Below, one piece after another: positions 38,790-48,466 of a stretch of 64,000 nt of DNA (the first letter of the stretch is position 1; every line of letters begins with the position of its first letter). A model generated the notes under the pieces. It ran no database searches and was not told the origin of the DNA. It was given only the letters and a program-made list of their open reading frames with translations. Location: sequence record MG752970.1; one strand, 5' to 3'. The position numbers and the translations under genes were made by a program.

Positions 38790-39535
38790 TCATGCAGAGA
38801 TTTATCAATCACCGTGATGTTGGAATCACCATAATGCTGAACACCATCGGCAACCAAATTTAGACCCATTTTCTGGACTAGATGTTTCATCGGTTCACTC
38901 TGCGATAGACCCGAGAGATAGATGCGAGATACATTTTTCACCTCAGCAAACATCACGGCTTTTTTGAACATGGAGGTTGCAAGTCCTTGACCACGAAGAT
39001 CTTCATCAACGGTGATTCGCATATTAATTTCACCGGTTTTCTTGTCATACTGTGCAACGCATGCTGCTACAACTACATTCAAATTATCATGCGAATCTGG
39101 TGTAGTCAGAATGATAAACATCGCTTCGTTGATGTCAACCTTACGAATTTCCTGAAGCGCCTTCATGAAAGCACCTAGGTGATATCTAACTTCTTCCAAC
39201 GACGCGCCGGTATTTTTACGCCAGTGGCGTAGATCATCGTAATACGCAGTGAAAAGACCAAATTCATCACTTGTCAGTGGTGATGTTTCTGGCTGATCGA
39301 TGATTTTCTGTAGAGCTGTATCAAAATCGATAGGTTCTACTTTACCAAAAATTGATTCAAACTCGTTTCGATCCATGTCAGCATAATGCTCGCAAATGAA
39401 CTTGACACAGTTTCCATCAAAACTGGGATCGATGAGTCCGTCATTTGCAATGAAATTCATAGCAAGAATGACGTCAACGTAATGAGTCTGATTCAATTCT
39501 GCCAGAATCTGAGATACTGAAGTGAACGTGCTCAT
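38786..39535 (-). CDS. GNAT acetyltransferase (C-terminal domain)
   Basis: ITVDEDLRGQGLATSM acetyl-CoA motif A. Confidence 0.7.
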   Translation of the reverse strand: MSTFTSVSQILAELNQTHYVDVILAMNFIANDGLIDPSFDGNCVKFICEHYADMDRNEFESIFGKVEPIDFDTALQKIIDQPETSPLTSDEFGLFTAYYDDLRHWRKNTGASLEEVRYHLGAFMKALQEIRKVDINEAMFIILTTPDSHDNLNVVVAACVAQYDKKTGEINMRITVDEDLRGQGLATSMFKKAVMFAEVKNVSRIYLSGLSQSEPMKHLVQKMGLNLVADGVQHYGDSNITVIDKSLHE

Positions 39536-39858
39536 TCGTCGAATTCCTTTAGGATTTTGGTGTACAGCTGTTGATACAGCGCATCGGGTGGTGGGACTGT
39601 CATTTTAGTGCTATCCATTAGCAAAAATAGTGACATAGCCAAATTCTTCAGCATCCGGATATTTTCACGTGACAGCATGATGTGAGTGGCCGCATCACCA
39701 CCTTCAAACACGATTTTTTCTACCATGTTGGTGATGATGCCATTGATGTAGGCTTCTGCATCTGCTTCCGTCTCAATGGAATCTATCCAATGCGCGATAA
39801 ATTGAGTTTCAGGTTCGGACCGTACCGCTTCTTCCGATTCTTTTAGATCACCGTACAT
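39532..39858 (-). CDS. Hypothetical protein
   Basis: Coupled ORF. Confidence 0.6.
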   Translation of the reverse strand: MYGDLKESEEAVRSEPETQFIAHWIDSIETEADAEAYINGIITNMVEKIVFEGGDAATHIMLSRENIRMLKNLAMSLFLLMDSTKMTVPPPDALYQQLYTKILKEFDE

Positions 39859-40034
39859 AGTTGTGATATCGTTGTGAGAGTTATTATTTAACTACTTTAG
39901 CTACCAACAGTACACTTTGCTTTAGCTCTGTTTGTATCTCTGGTCATTCAGGTGAGGCCCAGAGATGATCAAATTTGTAAATTGTGTAGGCCTATTAACG
40001 ACAATCAGAGCACCATCTGGGTGCTCTGATTCGT

Positions 40035-40202
40035 TCAATCACGGTTGCTTTCTTGAGATGTCACCACCTTTTTAGTGTGTAGAACATATCCATCATCGTC
40101 AGGATATTCAGTCTCTAGCCAATCCTGCGAAACCTCGCTGCCGTAAACCGCTACAACGCAATCCCATCCAAGTTCAACATTTGTAACAACAGTGATTTCC
40201 AT
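40035..40202 (-). CDS. Small hypothetical protein (55 aa; below ORF-track cutoff)
   Basis: MEITVVTNVELGWDCVVAVYG...; ATG overlaps the TAA of the upstream gene; hairpin terminator follows. Confidence 0.55.
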   Translation of the reverse strand: MEITVVTNVELGWDCVVAVYGSEVSQDWLETEYPDDDGYVLHTKKVVTSQESNRD

Positions 40203-41104
40203 TATTTCCTGCGCTTTGCAGAATCAAGTTCACGTTGAGCAGAAGGGTGAATTGGCCACTTCACTTGCTTATAGCTTTCAGGATCAACTTCTCGCCACTT
40301 GGTATGACCGGTTGCTTGAAGATCATCAAGATGACCAACGATGCATCGAGTAAGAGCAGTAATTTCCTTATCCATCACCGGATTTTTATAGGCGAATGTA
40401 GCCAGAATCGACTTGACAGCGTACGTTTTTACTGCAGTCTTCTGCCAAGCATAAAGACCTTCAGGCACAGTCGAGTTGATGTAGAAGCCTTCCAAAGCTG
40501 GATGTTTCATGGCCACCAGTTTGAGTTTTCCAGTGCCAGCCTGACCAACATCCTGCAAGACTGACATGGGTTTACCACCAACAATCACAGCCGCATCAAT
40601 AGTCCCACTCAACAGTGCCTTAACCGCCGCCGCATTATCAAGATTGACTTCAGTAAACTCAATTCCGGTTTTAGCCTTGATGATTTGACTCGTTACCCAA
40701 TTACCGGAATTTTCTTGACCTACTGATACCTTCTTACCAGCAAGATCATCGATAGAATTGATACCAGAATTTGCGCGTGCCACAAGATGAATTTCTTCGT
40801 TATACAACGGAAAGATCATCTTAATCTTTGACATCATTGCACTATCAGTAATCGCCTTATATGCTAGTGCATCTTGTTGAACAATGCCATATTGGATTCG
40901 TTTATCGGAAAAGATGCGTTCAATGTTGCTTAGAGACCCAGCCGTTTCATAGACCGAAATATTTACGGTCTTCTCGCAGACATTCTGAATGTCCTGTCCG
41001 ATCTTGACGTATGTGCCAGTCAAAGACCCAGTTGCAATACCCACATCTGCAAGTGCGAGCGCAGACATCAGCATCATGAAAATCGCAACCACATATTTCT
41101 TCAT
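40202..41104 (-). CDS. TAXI-family TRAP transporter solute-binding protein
   Basis: Signal peptide; IATGSLTGTY, ETAGSLSN, GIVQQD, PLYNEEIHLVAR, GKKVSVG..SG. Confidence 0.85.
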   Translation of the reverse strand: MKKYVVAIFMMLMSALALADVGIATGSLTGTYVKIGQDIQNVCEKTVNISVYETAGSLSNIERIFSDKRIQYGIVQQDALAYKAITDSAMMSKIKMIFPLYNEEIHLVARANSGINSIDDLAGKKVSVGQENSGNWVTSQIIKAKTGIEFTEVNLDNAAAVKALLSGTIDAAVIVGGKPMSVLQDVGQAGTGKLKLVAMKHPALEGFYINSTVPEGLYAWQKTAVKTYAVKSILATFAYKNPVMDKEITALTRCIVGHLDDLQATGHTKWREVDPESYKQVKWPIHPSAQRELDSAKRRK

Positions 41105-41134
41105 TGCTTTGCTCCTATCTAGTAACTGGGATGC

Positions 41135-41503
41135 TTACAGAGTGTTCAAGCTCTTCAGCGATTTGATTGCCTTGTCAGACGATTGATCTTGATGTGGCGC
41201 TCGTTCAACCTTACGAACCGGTTCCGTCTTCCGTGGAACTTCTCGCGGTTCGGAATTCACAACCTCTTCTACCGGTTTGGTGACTTCTCGACTTTGTTCC
41301 GATTGCACAATCGGAGGATTTACCGGTTGAGTAATTTCCACTTTTGGTTCTGGTGCTGGAGTCGCAGCTTGTGGCTCTTCTACCGCTGGTGCTGCTTTCT
41401 TGTCAAGCAAACCGGATGTCTTTGCGTAGTAATATCCTCCGCCAAGAATACCGGTCACCGCAACTAGAACCAGAAATTTCTTTGCGCCTGCTGTGAGTGC
41501 CAT
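41135..41503 (-). CDS. Membrane-anchored Pro-rich protein
   Basis: N-terminal TM helix, low-complexity tail. Confidence 0.6.
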   Translation of the reverse strand: MALTAGAKKFLVLVAVTGILGGGYYYAKTSGLLDKKAAPAVEEPQAATPAPEPKVEITQPVNPPIVQSEQSREVTKPVEEVVNSEPREVPRKTEPVRKVERAPHQDQSSDKAIKSLKSLNTL

Positions 41504-41513
41504 TTTTGTTTCC

Positions 41514-42440
41514 TTACTTAGTAAATTGAAGAGTCTTGCTCTTGGCAGGAATCACCAAGTTGTTGAGGTTTCGTCCATTCAAATCTTCAAGCATAGCGAT
41601 TGTTTTGTCAGCCTGCATCGCATCCTTCAGATCCACACCATCGATGAACTTCTGCGAATCATTCATGAAGACATCGATTTCACCCAGCATCTGACCATAA
41701 CTGTCGGCCATTTGATGCAAAGTTTCTTCTCGAAGACTGTTCATTTGGTCATCGCCCTTGAACACAGTCTTCACTGCTTTCCAAGCCGCATGGCTGGCCT
41801 TAACTGCTTTGAATTCTCGTTCTTGAATTGAGATTTCAAAATCGATATCGTCAGCGATGGTGTTGAGAGCATTATATGCTCTGTCAAGTTGAGTCGAGAA
41901 AACTGTCATCTTATCGGATGTTGCCTTCATTCGATTGATGGCATCATTCAATTTCCCAACCTTGGTGGCAGATGACCTTTTGCCAGGTTCATCGCCATGC
42001 GCATTGTAGTAATTGAATTTGTCCTTTTCAGCTTCCAAATCATTTGTGAAGCTGTTGAGAACTTCGGTGACCTTTCGCCGTTCACCTGCAACCTTCTTTC
42101 GATTGTCGTCAACAATCTTAATTTTCTCTCGAGACTTTTTCTGAATCTCTTTAAGTACTGCAATAGGATCAATATTCACAATCAATCCTGTCACAGCTCG
42201 CATCAGGAGTTTGTAGCTGATCCAGAGTCGATTGACGAGAGTTCCATCCAGCAAGATTGCCACAAGACCTAGAACAGCAGCACCGAGAACGATGGTGTAA
42301 AGGGTATTTTGCAGAATCGATACAATGAACGGAAGAATGTGGTAGAGTCCGTATCCCAAAAGTCCTACTAGACCGGCACCAACTACCATCCCTGTGGTGC
42401 CTTCAGGACGATCCCAGAAACTCAAAGATTTCTTTTCCAT
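41514..42440 (-). CDS. Two-TM protein with long coiled-coil
   Basis: Hydrophobic N-terminal helices followed by heptad pattern. Confidence 0.65.
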   Translation of the reverse strand: MEKKSLSFWDRPEGTTGMVVGAGLVGLLGYGLYHILPFIVSILQNTLYTIVLGAAVLGLVAILLDGTLVNRLWISYKLLMRAVTGLIVNIDPIAVLKEIQKKSREKIKIVDDNRKKVAGERRKVTEVLNSFTNDLEAEKDKFNYYNAHGDEPGKRSSATKVGKLNDAINRMKATSDKMTVFSTQLDRAYNALNTIADDIDFEISIQEREFKAVKASHAAWKAVKTVFKGDDQMNSLREETLHQMADSYGQMLGEIDVFMNDSQKFIDGVDLKDAMQADKTIAMLEDLNGRNLNNLVIPAKSKTLQFTK

Positions 42441-42443
42441 GTT

Positions 42444-43079
42444 TTATCCCAGGAATACTTCAATTTTCTTGATGAGAGTTTCACCACGTGATTGAACTGA
42501 GCGTACAGCTTCATGGAAGACGGCCACATCATGGTTGAGCTCATCTTCGATTTGTTGCATTTTGCTGTTAGTATCAGCAAGCGATGCCTTTGCCGAATCC
42601 AACTGGTTTTGAAGCTCTTCGATTTGGGCGGTGGTTTGATTTGCCTGATCAATCAGATTTCGAGTTGCTTCCTTTGCAGGATTTGTTTTTGTCTCGATGA
42701 AGTTCTGTTCGTACTTATCGAAGATGTCATGCATCAGACCTGCTTGACGAGTAAGTTCGTCCTTACTAATACCGCATGCCGCAAGAGCCGCCTTAAATCG
42801 CATCGTTTCATCAGCGATGACAGACTCAAGGCTTGTCAATGTTGTCATAAATTTTGCGAGACCCTCTGCCAGAGGATTCTTGTCAACTTGCGCAGCCAGA
42901 TCTGTTACAGCATTTGCTACCGCAGCTGGATCAACAGTGCCGGGTTCGGGAGCGACAGCCGGAATATTCACCTTGGTTGGTTCGGGTGTGGGAGGCGTTG
43001 CGTCAGGTGCTGAAACCCAGACTGCATCCTTCAGTTTGCTGAGGAAGCCTTTGCTTTGAGGTTGTGTATCAGTAGTCAT
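42444..43079 (-). CDS. Coiled-coil hypothetical protein
   Basis: Heptad-rich C-terminus. Confidence 0.65.
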   Translation of the reverse strand: MTTDTQPQSKGFLSKLKDAVWVSAPDATPPTPEPTKVNIPAVAPEPGTVDPAAVANAVTDLAAQVDKNPLAEGLAKFMTTLTSLESVIADETMRFKAALAACGISKDELTRQAGLMHDIFDKYEQNFIETKTNPAKEATRNLIDQANQTTAQIEELQNQLDSAKASLADTNSKMQQIEDELNHDVAVFHEAVRSVQSRGETLIKKIEVFLG

Positions 43080-43114
43080 AGTGCTATTGTATTCCGAATT
43101 ATCCTAAATAAAAA

Positions 43115-43519
43115 TTAGAATTCTCTGCCGATTGTTAAATGAAGTTCATACTTCTTCGTATCGAGACCTAGCTCCTTTCTTAGAAACGTAAGCTCTGGCG
43201 AAATGATTGGGAGAACCCAGAATTTCCAATGAGCCTCAACCACTGGGGAGTACTCGATGGTGATAATTTTACCATCATACTTCTTCCAAAGGTGTTGAAA
43301 ATCAACAGGAACCCTTTCTTTACCGTTAACGACCGTAACATGAGGCTTCCAGGCAAGACCCTGAAGAATCTTACCAGTACCTTTAGTAACCCAATGCCTG
43401 TAGTACTCGCAGATGCTGTTATCAACTTCTGCTACGCAAAACCAATCTTGATCCCGATTGGTTCGCTTGAGACCAGGTCGTTTAGGATTATAGATGATTT
43501 TTGCTTTGCACGTGTTCAT
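43115..43519 (-). CDS. 2H phosphoesterase family protein
   Basis: Two HxT motifs: KPHVTVV and LHLTIG. Confidence 0.6.
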   Translation of the reverse strand: MNTCKAKIIYNPKRPGLKRTNRDQDWFCVAEVDNSICEYYRHWVTKGTGKILQGLAWKPHVTVVNGKERVPVDFQHLWKKYDGKIITIEYSPVVEAHWKFWVLPIISPELTFLRKELGLDTKKYELHLTIGREF

Positions 43520-43562
43520 GATGAAATTATATCAGCTGCATTCCCTAAGAACATAGCAAAAA

Positions 43563-43589
43563 AGGACGAATTCTTTTAGAATTCGTCCT
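43563..43589. terminator. Intrinsic terminator after the Ro60 gene
   Basis: AGGACGAATTCT/AGAATTCGTCCT 12-bp stem. Confidence 0.65.
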
Positions 43590-43611
43590 AAATCTACTAA
43601 ACGTTTAAATC

Positions 43612-45078
43612 TTAGGAATGCTTCTTGATGATTTGCTCCATCTCACTCAGAAATGCTTCAGCATCCTTGGTGCTCATGTTTTTAGCTGCTTCCTTTGCTT
43701 CTGCCATCATATCAGTCATTGCTGAGTTCTTCTTCTCAGCCTTTTCCTTCTTGACATGAAGCTCCTTTTCATCTTCAACAATGAAGTCGAGGACCTTTTC
43801 CGAGAAGCCTGTGATTGTGGTAGCCTCGTTTGCACGAGCAATACCATTCTCATAGGATGCGACATTCAGAATGTATGTATTCTTGTGCCACTTCTTTGGA
43901 CGATCAGACGATTGCTCATCTGTGATGACAATAATTCTGTCATACTCACCCATTGTCAATAGCTCATCATACGATCTACCCATAGCAGTACCGCCATGAC
44001 CTTGTGAGTTTCTGATTGCGTCACGCAATGCGAAACCACGGCGCGCTGGAACAAGCTTCAGTTGAGTCGAGAACGAATAGACATCAACGCTGTCACACAT
44101 CTCACGGCATAGAATAGCCAAAGCTGCTGCTGCATCAAATCGATCCATTTGCGATTTACGAGCGATAGGAGTCCCAAACATAGAACCTGAAATATCAACC
44201 ATGAGTGCCGTTCTACCCACAAGCTTTTCACGATCAGCAACGCATCGCATCATCATCTTTTCAATGATACCCTCAAATCGAGGAACAACTTTGGCTGCCG
44301 AGATGAATTGGAATGGCAAAACTCTATCAACCTTTACGTTCTCGGAATACAACTCAATTAAACCTAGATCCACGCCTGAATCCGACATGTTACGTAGGTT
44401 CATCAGGAAGGCCTGCGCACCTAGCTTGTTGTCATTCATTAGACGTGTAAATGTGTTTTTCTTATCCGCACCCGCAGACAAAGAAGTTTCCCACGTATCT
44501 GGAGTCTCCAGTGTTCCATCTGCTAATTGCTTAAATGTCGCTTCTTGTTCTGCTGTTGGCTTTGCGTGCACAAGGAACATAACATCACGCAGCTTGATGG
44601 CAGCAGAATTCTTATCCCATTTTGCAAGCTCAAACGCGTTGAACTTATTGAAGCACGCCGCTAGACCACGCTTTACAGACGCAGCCAGGGGTTCTTTACC
44701 GTTGGCCCAATATAGAGACAAAAATTCTGACATTTCATCTGGTCGTTGGATGATACCCTTCAAGGTGTTCTCAACTTCACCGCGATGAGACTTCAATTTT
44801 GCCATTGCGCGAGCTATCAGCAGTGGAGCATGACGCAGCTTCATATCCGTACGTGCTTCAATAGCGATGTCTCGTGCAACAGCAGGCTTAACCTTTGAAA
44901 CCAAATCGATGATTACTTCGGCAATCTTCTTTCCATCCACGTAGAACTGGTTTTCCCACAACATGCAGGACATGACAGTACGACGAAGTTTTGCTTCGTT
45001 GTCGCGTAAAACTGGAACTTTAGCACCATTGTGGTTGGCAACAGTTGCTGGCTTTGTGATCTTCTTATTTGTCTTCAT
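43612..45078 (-). CDS. rsr: Ro60 / TROVE-domain RNA-binding protein with vWA
   Basis: LWENQFY, ARTDMKLRHAP, IIQRPDE, AKWD, LRDVMFLVHAKP, TWET.LS, FLMNLRN, VLPFQF, VDISGSM, GGT, IVITDEQ. Confidence 0.92.
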   Translation of the reverse strand: MKTNKKITKPATVANHNGAKVPVLRDNEAKLRRTVMSCMLWENQFYVDGKKIAEVIIDLVSKVKPAVARDIAIEARTDMKLRHAPLLIARAMAKLKSHRGEVENTLKGIIQRPDEMSEFLSLYWANGKEPLAASVKRGLAACFNKFNAFELAKWDKNSAAIKLRDVMFLVHAKPTAEQEATFKQLADGTLETPDTWETSLSAGADKKNTFTRLMNDNKLGAQAFLMNLRNMSDSGVDLGLIELYSENVKVDRVLPFQFISAAKVVPRFEGIIEKMMMRCVADREKLVGRTALMVDISGSMFGTPIARKSQMDRFDAAAALAILCREMCDSVDVYSFSTQLKLVPARRGFALRDAIRNSQGHGGTAMGRSYDELLTMGEYDRIIVITDEQSSDRPKKWHKNTYILNVASYENGIARANEATTITGFSEKVLDFIVEDEKELHVKKEKAEKKNSAMTDMMAEAKEAAKNMSTKDAEAFLSEMEQIIKKHS

Positions 45079-45107
45079 TTTTATCTCCTATGGGAATACA
45101 CCACATT

Positions 45108-45209
45108 TTAGTAGCCTTTAAACACGCCATGAATTCCGGCTAGCACTCGGCCAAAAATCACAAATGGCAACACCATTAGATCTAAGATTAGATTCAGGAT
45201 GAAATTCAT
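45108..45209 (-). CDS. Possible 33-aa hydrophobic peptide
   Basis: MNFILNLILDLMVLPFVIFGRVLAGIHGVFKGY. Confidence 0.3.
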   Translation of the reverse strand: MNFILNLILDLMVLPFVIFGRVLAGIHGVFKGY

Positions 45210-45294
45210 CTTGCTTATGAATTAAGATGGTGGATGAATTTAAATTGTAGTCAGAAAGTGTTCTATGTAGAAGCGTTTTATGACATTTGGCGGG

Positions 45295-45366
45295 TGCTCA
45301 ATAACAGAATCGAACTGTTGTCTCCGGGTTACAAAGCCGGGGTAATAGCCACTATACTAATTGAGC
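45295..45366 (-). tRNA. tRNA-Thr(UGU), CCA not encoded, C31:C39 mismatch
   Basis: Acceptor GCTCAAT/ATTGAGC, D arm GTATAGTGGCTATTAC, loop TT-TGT-AA, T arm AACAG-TTCGATT-CTGTT. Confidence 0.75.
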
Positions 45367-45374
45367 ATGCATCA

Positions 45375-45382
45375 TATTTATA
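45375..45382 (-). promoter_or_regulatory. T4-type late promoter TATAAATA
   Basis: Exact motif 8 nt upstream of tRNA-Thr. Confidence 0.6.
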
Positions 45383-45394
45383 TGATGCCGGAAA

Positions 45395-46471
45395 TCAAAT
45401 TAATTTCAAACTAGTGTATGGAACTTTAACCAAATAATACATTTGCGTGCTTGTTGCGTCATCATATGGTTGAGTCATGAAATACACCGCATCGGTATGA
45501 CCGGTTCCAGGCCATAACGCATTCTCAGTAATATTCGATATATTGGGATCAACCGTAGAATCTAGCACTCCATACTGGGTACCATTTGGTTTATACGCAA
45601 CAATAGAATCTGTTCCATAGTTAATACCCCAGAACAGATCGTGAATCGAGTCATGGACTAGACTAAGTGTTGTTGCTATTGATTGTCCGGTCAATGTCCA
45701 AGTAGTTGGATTCAATTCATAGTATCCTAAAGTTCCAGAGTTGGATTTCAGCCATATCGTATTTCTTGTTGTGTCTAGGATAAAATCTGAAATACCGGGA
45801 TCAAATGAAAATACAGTAGAGGTAGATCCAGTTGTCACATCGAATTTTAACAAATCTTTGATGTAATTTGGATTTGTCGGATTGCCATTTGGGGCAATAA
45901 ACAAAATGTTTCCATCGAATCCTAGTTTTGCTAATCCATACTGTCTACCAGTTAACGTGTATGTGCTGGTTGGTTGAAGTGTGTTAGGATCTATTTTATA
46001 GAAATACGTGTTTTTGTTTGCCGTTGGATCTTGAATAAGTAGCCAAACATCATTCGTGTTGCTTATTACTATCTGTCCTGTAGAGGTGTTTCCGGTAATA
46101 GATGGAGATATGGCATGTAAGATGGCTGAAGTTGCAGCATCTATTTTAAGAAGTAGATTACTTGCACCTTTAGCCCAGAATACATTTCTAGAAGAATCAA
46201 ACGTGAATGATGGAACCCCAAAAATTGAATAACCCGTAGGAAGTGTGGTATCTGGGTTGGACAGAGATATTGTTCCCGTATCTGTCATGCTTACCGGATT
46301 ATATCTATATCCTAAAACCGGATTTGACCCTCCAGATGTTGCCCATAGCTCACCGGTCGTTGGATCAAAATCACCTTCAAATGTCAGATCATCATTTCTA
46401 ATGGCCACCACACCCGAATTTCCCACTATACGTTTTAAACTCGATATAATCCCTATTAGCCAAGTGTTCAT
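45395..46471 (-). CDS. Beta-propeller-like (YncE/Vgb-type repeat) protein
   Basis: Repeating xxDxxxxxxWxx...YKIDP blades; T/S/G-rich. Confidence 0.5.
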   Translation of the reverse strand: MNTWLIGIISSLKRIVGNSGVVAIRNDDLTFEGDFDPTTGELWATSGGSNPVLGYRYNPVSMTDTGTISLSNPDTTLPTGYSIFGVPSFTFDSSRNVFWAKGASNLLLKIDAATSAILHAISPSITGNTSTGQIVISNTNDVWLLIQDPTANKNTYFYKIDPNTLQPTSTYTLTGRQYGLAKLGFDGNILFIAPNGNPTNPNYIKDLLKFDVTTGSTSTVFSFDPGISDFILDTTRNTIWLKSNSGTLGYYELNPTTWTLTGQSIATTLSLVHDSIHDLFWGINYGTDSIVAYKPNGTQYGVLDSTVDPNISNITENALWPGTGHTDAVYFMTQPYDDATSTQMYYLVKVPYTSLKLI

Positions 46472-46488
46472 ATAATTTCTCTCAATTC

Positions 46489-47256
46489 TTATTCATTACG
46501 ACTATTTAATGTGATTATCGAATTTAAGACCATTTTTGGAGTAATATTCAACATAGCCTTAAGACAGTGATCACAATGATTTCTGTTTCCGCATGGATCA
46601 TTAGCATGCAGATAAATGTGATTTTCCAGATCATAACCGGTATGATCTGGAATCGTAAATCCTCCCATTATTACCACAGCTGGAACACCCACCGCGGCAG
46701 CTGTGTGATGCATTCCACCCTCATGACCCACGTATCCCTTAGATCCTTTTAAGACAGCTGCAGCATATCTGGCAGTTGGAGTTATTAGCATCTCTGAATG
46801 TGGAATTCGATATGAAGGTTCTGATGCGGCCAACTGAATCACTTTAATTCCATGCTCTTTTAGTAACTCTCCTAGAGCATCCCAATGTTCAAACGGCCAT
46901 TGCTTATTCACTGATACGACTCTATCCTTAAGAGTTGGCTCTGCCACCCAGTATTCCGTTGCCTTTTTGGTCCATGAAAGCTCTTCTGCATCAAAGAAGA
47001 ATTCTGCAGGAATGGGTCTGTATGGTTTGAAGAACCATTTTTCTTCGGTTGCACCAGAAGTGTAGCCTCGATGACCTCTATTACGAAGTCTTATAGCGCC
47101 ATCAACATCAAATACAGAAACATATGGATTGTTTTTCCATGCATCATGGCGTAGAATATTTCCATGTTGATCTTCCATGATAATCATCTTACCAGTTTCT
47201 TCATGGATTTTTCTGGCTTCACCCAGAGCCATCAGTGTATCGCCCCAGCTCATCAT
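46489..47256 (-). CDS. Glycosyltransferase family 9 (heptosyltransferase-like)
   Basis: SWGDTLM, NKQWPFEHW, VGHEGGMHHTAAAVGVPAVVI. Confidence 0.8.
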   Translation of the reverse strand: MMSWGDTLMALGEARKIHEETGKMIIMEDQHGNILRHDAWKNNPYVSVFDVDGAIRLRNRGHRGYTSGATEEKWFFKPYRPIPAEFFFDAEELSWTKKATEYWVAEPTLKDRVVSVNKQWPFEHWDALGELLKEHGIKVIQLAASEPSYRIPHSEMLITPTARYAAAVLKGSKGYVGHEGGMHHTAAAVGVPAVVIMGGFTIPDHTGYDLENHIYLHANDPCGNRNHCDHCLKAMLNITPKMVLNSIITLNSRNE

Positions 47257-47292
47257 AATCTCCTTTAGAAGAATATTTATTTCAGCGACCAC

Positions 47293-47300
47293 CATAAATA
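47293..47300 (+). promoter_or_regulatory. Late-promoter-like CATAAATA for the plus-strand gene
   Basis: 16 nt upstream of the ATG at 47317. Confidence 0.5.
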
Positions 47301-47316
47301 TTCTCAACTACAGAGG

Positions 47317-48027
47317 ATGGCGATGAACTTTAAAGAATTTCTTAATGAAGCAGTAGATCCGGTTCTTGATACCAAAGAAAAGATCGAAACTTATATTGAA
47401 AGCAAAAAGAAACGTTTCGAAGGCTGCATAGTTGCAATTGACGATGATTTGACGGTGAATGTCAAACCACCAGCAGGAAGCTCGACATGTACGGTAGATT
47501 TATCCGGTCTCAAATTTAGTAAAATTCCGTTGAAGTTCGGAAAAATCGAAGGGAGTTTGAATTTATCCAACACTAACATTACGACGTTTGAAAATGCTCC
47601 GCGCTCTTCAAGGGCTGTAATAGCACGTAATTGCAAGCAACTGGTAAGTCTAAAAGGTGTGCAAGAAAACATTAACCAATTAGATGTGTCTGGAAGTACT
47701 GCGTTGAAATCACTTGAAGGTGTTCCTCGTATAGTGCGATTCCTATCAATTGAAAATTGTACTGGCATAGAATCGCTTCACAATATTCATGAAATGGCGG
47801 GAACGATTAGTAATTTCTATTTGGATGGAACAGATTTTAAGCATTCCATTCTAGGATTAGCTCTATTAAAAAATTGCCAGATGTGGAAAAGATGGAGTGA
47901 AGAAAAAACTGTTTCAGATAGAGCTCTTAATATTCTTAACAGAATTATGAGAGGAGACAATCCGGATATATTCGATGTACAAGCTGCGCTTGTTAACGCC
48001 GGTTTAGGTAGATACGCCGAACTTTAA
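47317..48027 (+). CDS. Leucine-rich-repeat-like protein with conserved C-terminal motif
   Basis: LxxLxGxP-type repeats (LVSLKGV, LKSLEGVP); C-terminal DIFDVQAALVNAGLGRY; AGAGG SD. Confidence 0.65.
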   Translation: MAMNFKEFLNEAVDPVLDTKEKIETYIESKKKRFEGCIVAIDDDLTVNVKPPAGSSTCTVDLSGLKFSKIPLKFGKIEGSLNLSNTNITTFENAPRSSRAVIARNCKQLVSLKGVQENINQLDVSGSTALKSLEGVPRIVRFLSIENCTGIESLHNIHEMAGTISNFYLDGTDFKHSILGLALLKNCQMWKRWSEEKTVSDRALNILNRIMRGDNPDIFDVQAALVNAGLGRYAEL

Positions 48028-48465
48028 AATATCCCGAAGTGCCATCAGTCTACCACAAAACTCGTCTACGGTGAGCATTGTAAAGTTTGGGTCTACTTTA
48101 CCGATACGATGAGTAAGAACTTCATTACCTGAAGCAAGCAGAGCATCTCTAAAGTGTTCTGCTTGATCGAACATAGATGCATATGCCAAATCTAGAAAAT
48201 CCTGCCATTCCTCACCTAGACGATCTAGTGATGCTGAATTCCAATACAGTTTCGTTCGGCGATAATCTCTAAGTCCCTCACCAGCTCTTTTTGCTTCTAA
48301 TCCAGATAGCTGGCAAATTTCTCTCTGCTTAACCACATCCTGGAATTTTGTGGATTGCAGTAGCCCCTCCATCGACGCACATTGAACGTCATCAAATATG
48401 AATGAGTGGGGATAGAAATTAGAAAGGGCTCCACTTGGAAAAGGAGCCCTTGAATGTATGTCCAT
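48004..48465 (-). CDS. NADAR (YbiA / T4 gp30.3-like) ADP-ribosylhydrolase
   Basis: ALSNFYPHSF...CASMEGLLQSTK, AY..MF.Q...FRDALLASG..VLTH. Confidence 0.8.
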   Translation of the reverse strand: MDIHSRAPFPSGALSNFYPHSFIFDDVQCASMEGLLQSTKFQDVVKQREICQLSGLEAKRAGEGLRDYRRTKLYWNSASLDRLGEEWQDFLDLAYASMFDQAEHFRDALLASGNEVLTHRIGKVDPNFTMLTVDEFCGRLMALRDILKFGVST

Positions 48466-48466
48466 T

